A stretch of 63,954 nt of DNA, counting the filler, from Octopus bimaculoides (taxonomy: Eukaryota): the NCBI RefSeq assembly GCF_001194135.2. It is 4 parts of 4 records of this genome, joined end to end, with 100 filler letters (N's around TTAATTAATTAA, not from the genome) between each part and the next. Parts side by side here need not be neighbours in the genome. Positions count along the whole stretch, not along the records: positions 62,611 to 63,954 come from NW_026324287.1; 3 more parts are not named here. One strand, given 5' to 3'. A program made the position numbers and the translations under genes. Shown here piece by piece: positions 62,860 to 63,954 of this stretch. Position 1 is the stretch's first letter. Each line of letters starts with the position of its first letter. A model generated the notes under the pieces. It saw only the letters and a list, made by a program, of their open reading frames with translations. It was not told the DNA's origin and made no database searches.

Positions 62860-63180
62860 AAGCAGCCTAGCGTTCAGAATAGAAGCCATTGTATTGCAAC
62901 GTCTGTCTGCGAGGTCTTTGATTCCATGTTGCTACCAGGTCTTACCTATCGAGACGAAAAGCTCTTAAACTGTAGCTTCCACCATCTCTTGGTAGATGAA
63001 GCGTTGCAAGCGCAGGAAGTTAGCCAGGGATAGAAGCAAACATTTACGCCTCTTTCCGAAGGTAAGACAAACAGCTGAATCTTGCTGCCACAAATATGGC
63101 CTCCAGCGGCATCTCGCTGCAGCTATGTCTGACCACAGGGTCAAGCAGCTTGACATAGTCGTCTGAATTGAGCCGAATTC
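62860..63180 (-). mobile_element. Highly decayed maT-like transposase fragment
   Basis: RPYLWQQDSA motif, as in 44347-45085. Confidence 0.55.
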
Positions 63181-63911
63181 CTAAAGACACTGTAGAAGAA
63201 ACTTATGCAAACATACATACTTAGTTTAGGATCCATAATTGCCTCCTCTGACTGACGCAAACTGCAACGCCAGTCCTTAGAACCTGTAATCTAATCCCAC
63301 TGAAGCCCACTTTAACCACTTAGGGACAATAATACAACCAATAGTGACCCCCACTTGACTCAATAATAGCAACCTTAAGACATCTCGAAATACTACCTAT
63401 ATGACCGCATATACAAGAGGTGGTTCCCGCTCCCAATCCAACACTGATAGCGCTTATACCTCCAGTTCTTTGCTGATAATGGATCATAGGAACCCAACCT
63501 CTTCAGCAGTAAACTCCAAAGGCAGAACATGGAGGAAAACTTGTAACTGTCGGATTCTCAACTGTGCCCTTTTGGCGGTTTGTGTCTGCGTAAAAGTGTA
63601 GCCTATAAGTGCCCAGTTAAAACACCACGTTCCCACCAAGCGTGGTGTTATGTAGGTATATGCCTCACAAAAACAATCATACGCTTATATACTAGCATGT
63701 AAATATATGAATATGATTGCATATTTGCGGATATAATTTGAGTATATTTGTGTGTGTGTTTGTCTGTGTGAGCATGCGTATTGATATGTATGAGTATATA
63801 TAATTATATACACACACACATATATGTATGTATGTATGTATACATGTACATACATACATATGTATATAAACATATGTATATACGTACAGTGATAGTCACA
63901 CATACACACGC

Positions 63912-63954
<43 letters not shown>

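Noticed and set aside
63621-63649. Hairpin aacaccacg/cgtggtgtt as a Helitron 3' end
   Set aside because: No CTRR terminus at the expected distance.
1-63954. CRISPR arrays, rRNA, prokaryotic operons
   Set aside because: None seen; repeats are eukaryotic retroposons and microsatellites without a spacer architecture.

Overview
Very AT-rich, microsatellite- and gap-rich animal genomic DNA from a draft assembly. The SINE families and (AT)n/(ATGT)n load suggest a coleoid cephalopod such as Octopus (inference). No host protein-coding gene can be confidently identified, and almost all ORFs in the track are microsatellite, gap or antisense-transposon artefacts. The window is a transposon graveyard: tRNA-derived SINEs (about three families), fragments of CR1/L2, R4/Dong and RTE LINEs, decayed Tc1, maT (DD37D), pogo/Tigger and mariner elements, and piggyBac-, Merlin-, hAT- and HINE-like MITEs. 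Main highlights: (1) Three distinct families of minimal type I hammerhead-ribozyme motifs, plus one degenerate candidate. Two families occur as inverted pairs typical of Penelope-like elements, and one copy is followed by a decayed C2H2 zinc-finger frame. (2) A TA-flanked, TGACAGAT-TIR element whose body is degenerate telomeric repeat, and a Merlin-like MITE carrying (CCCTAA)7. (3) A roughly 26-kb CpG-depleted domain (about 30-56 kb) that suggests a methylated gene body whose exons I could not identify. All ribozyme folds were done by eye and are untested.
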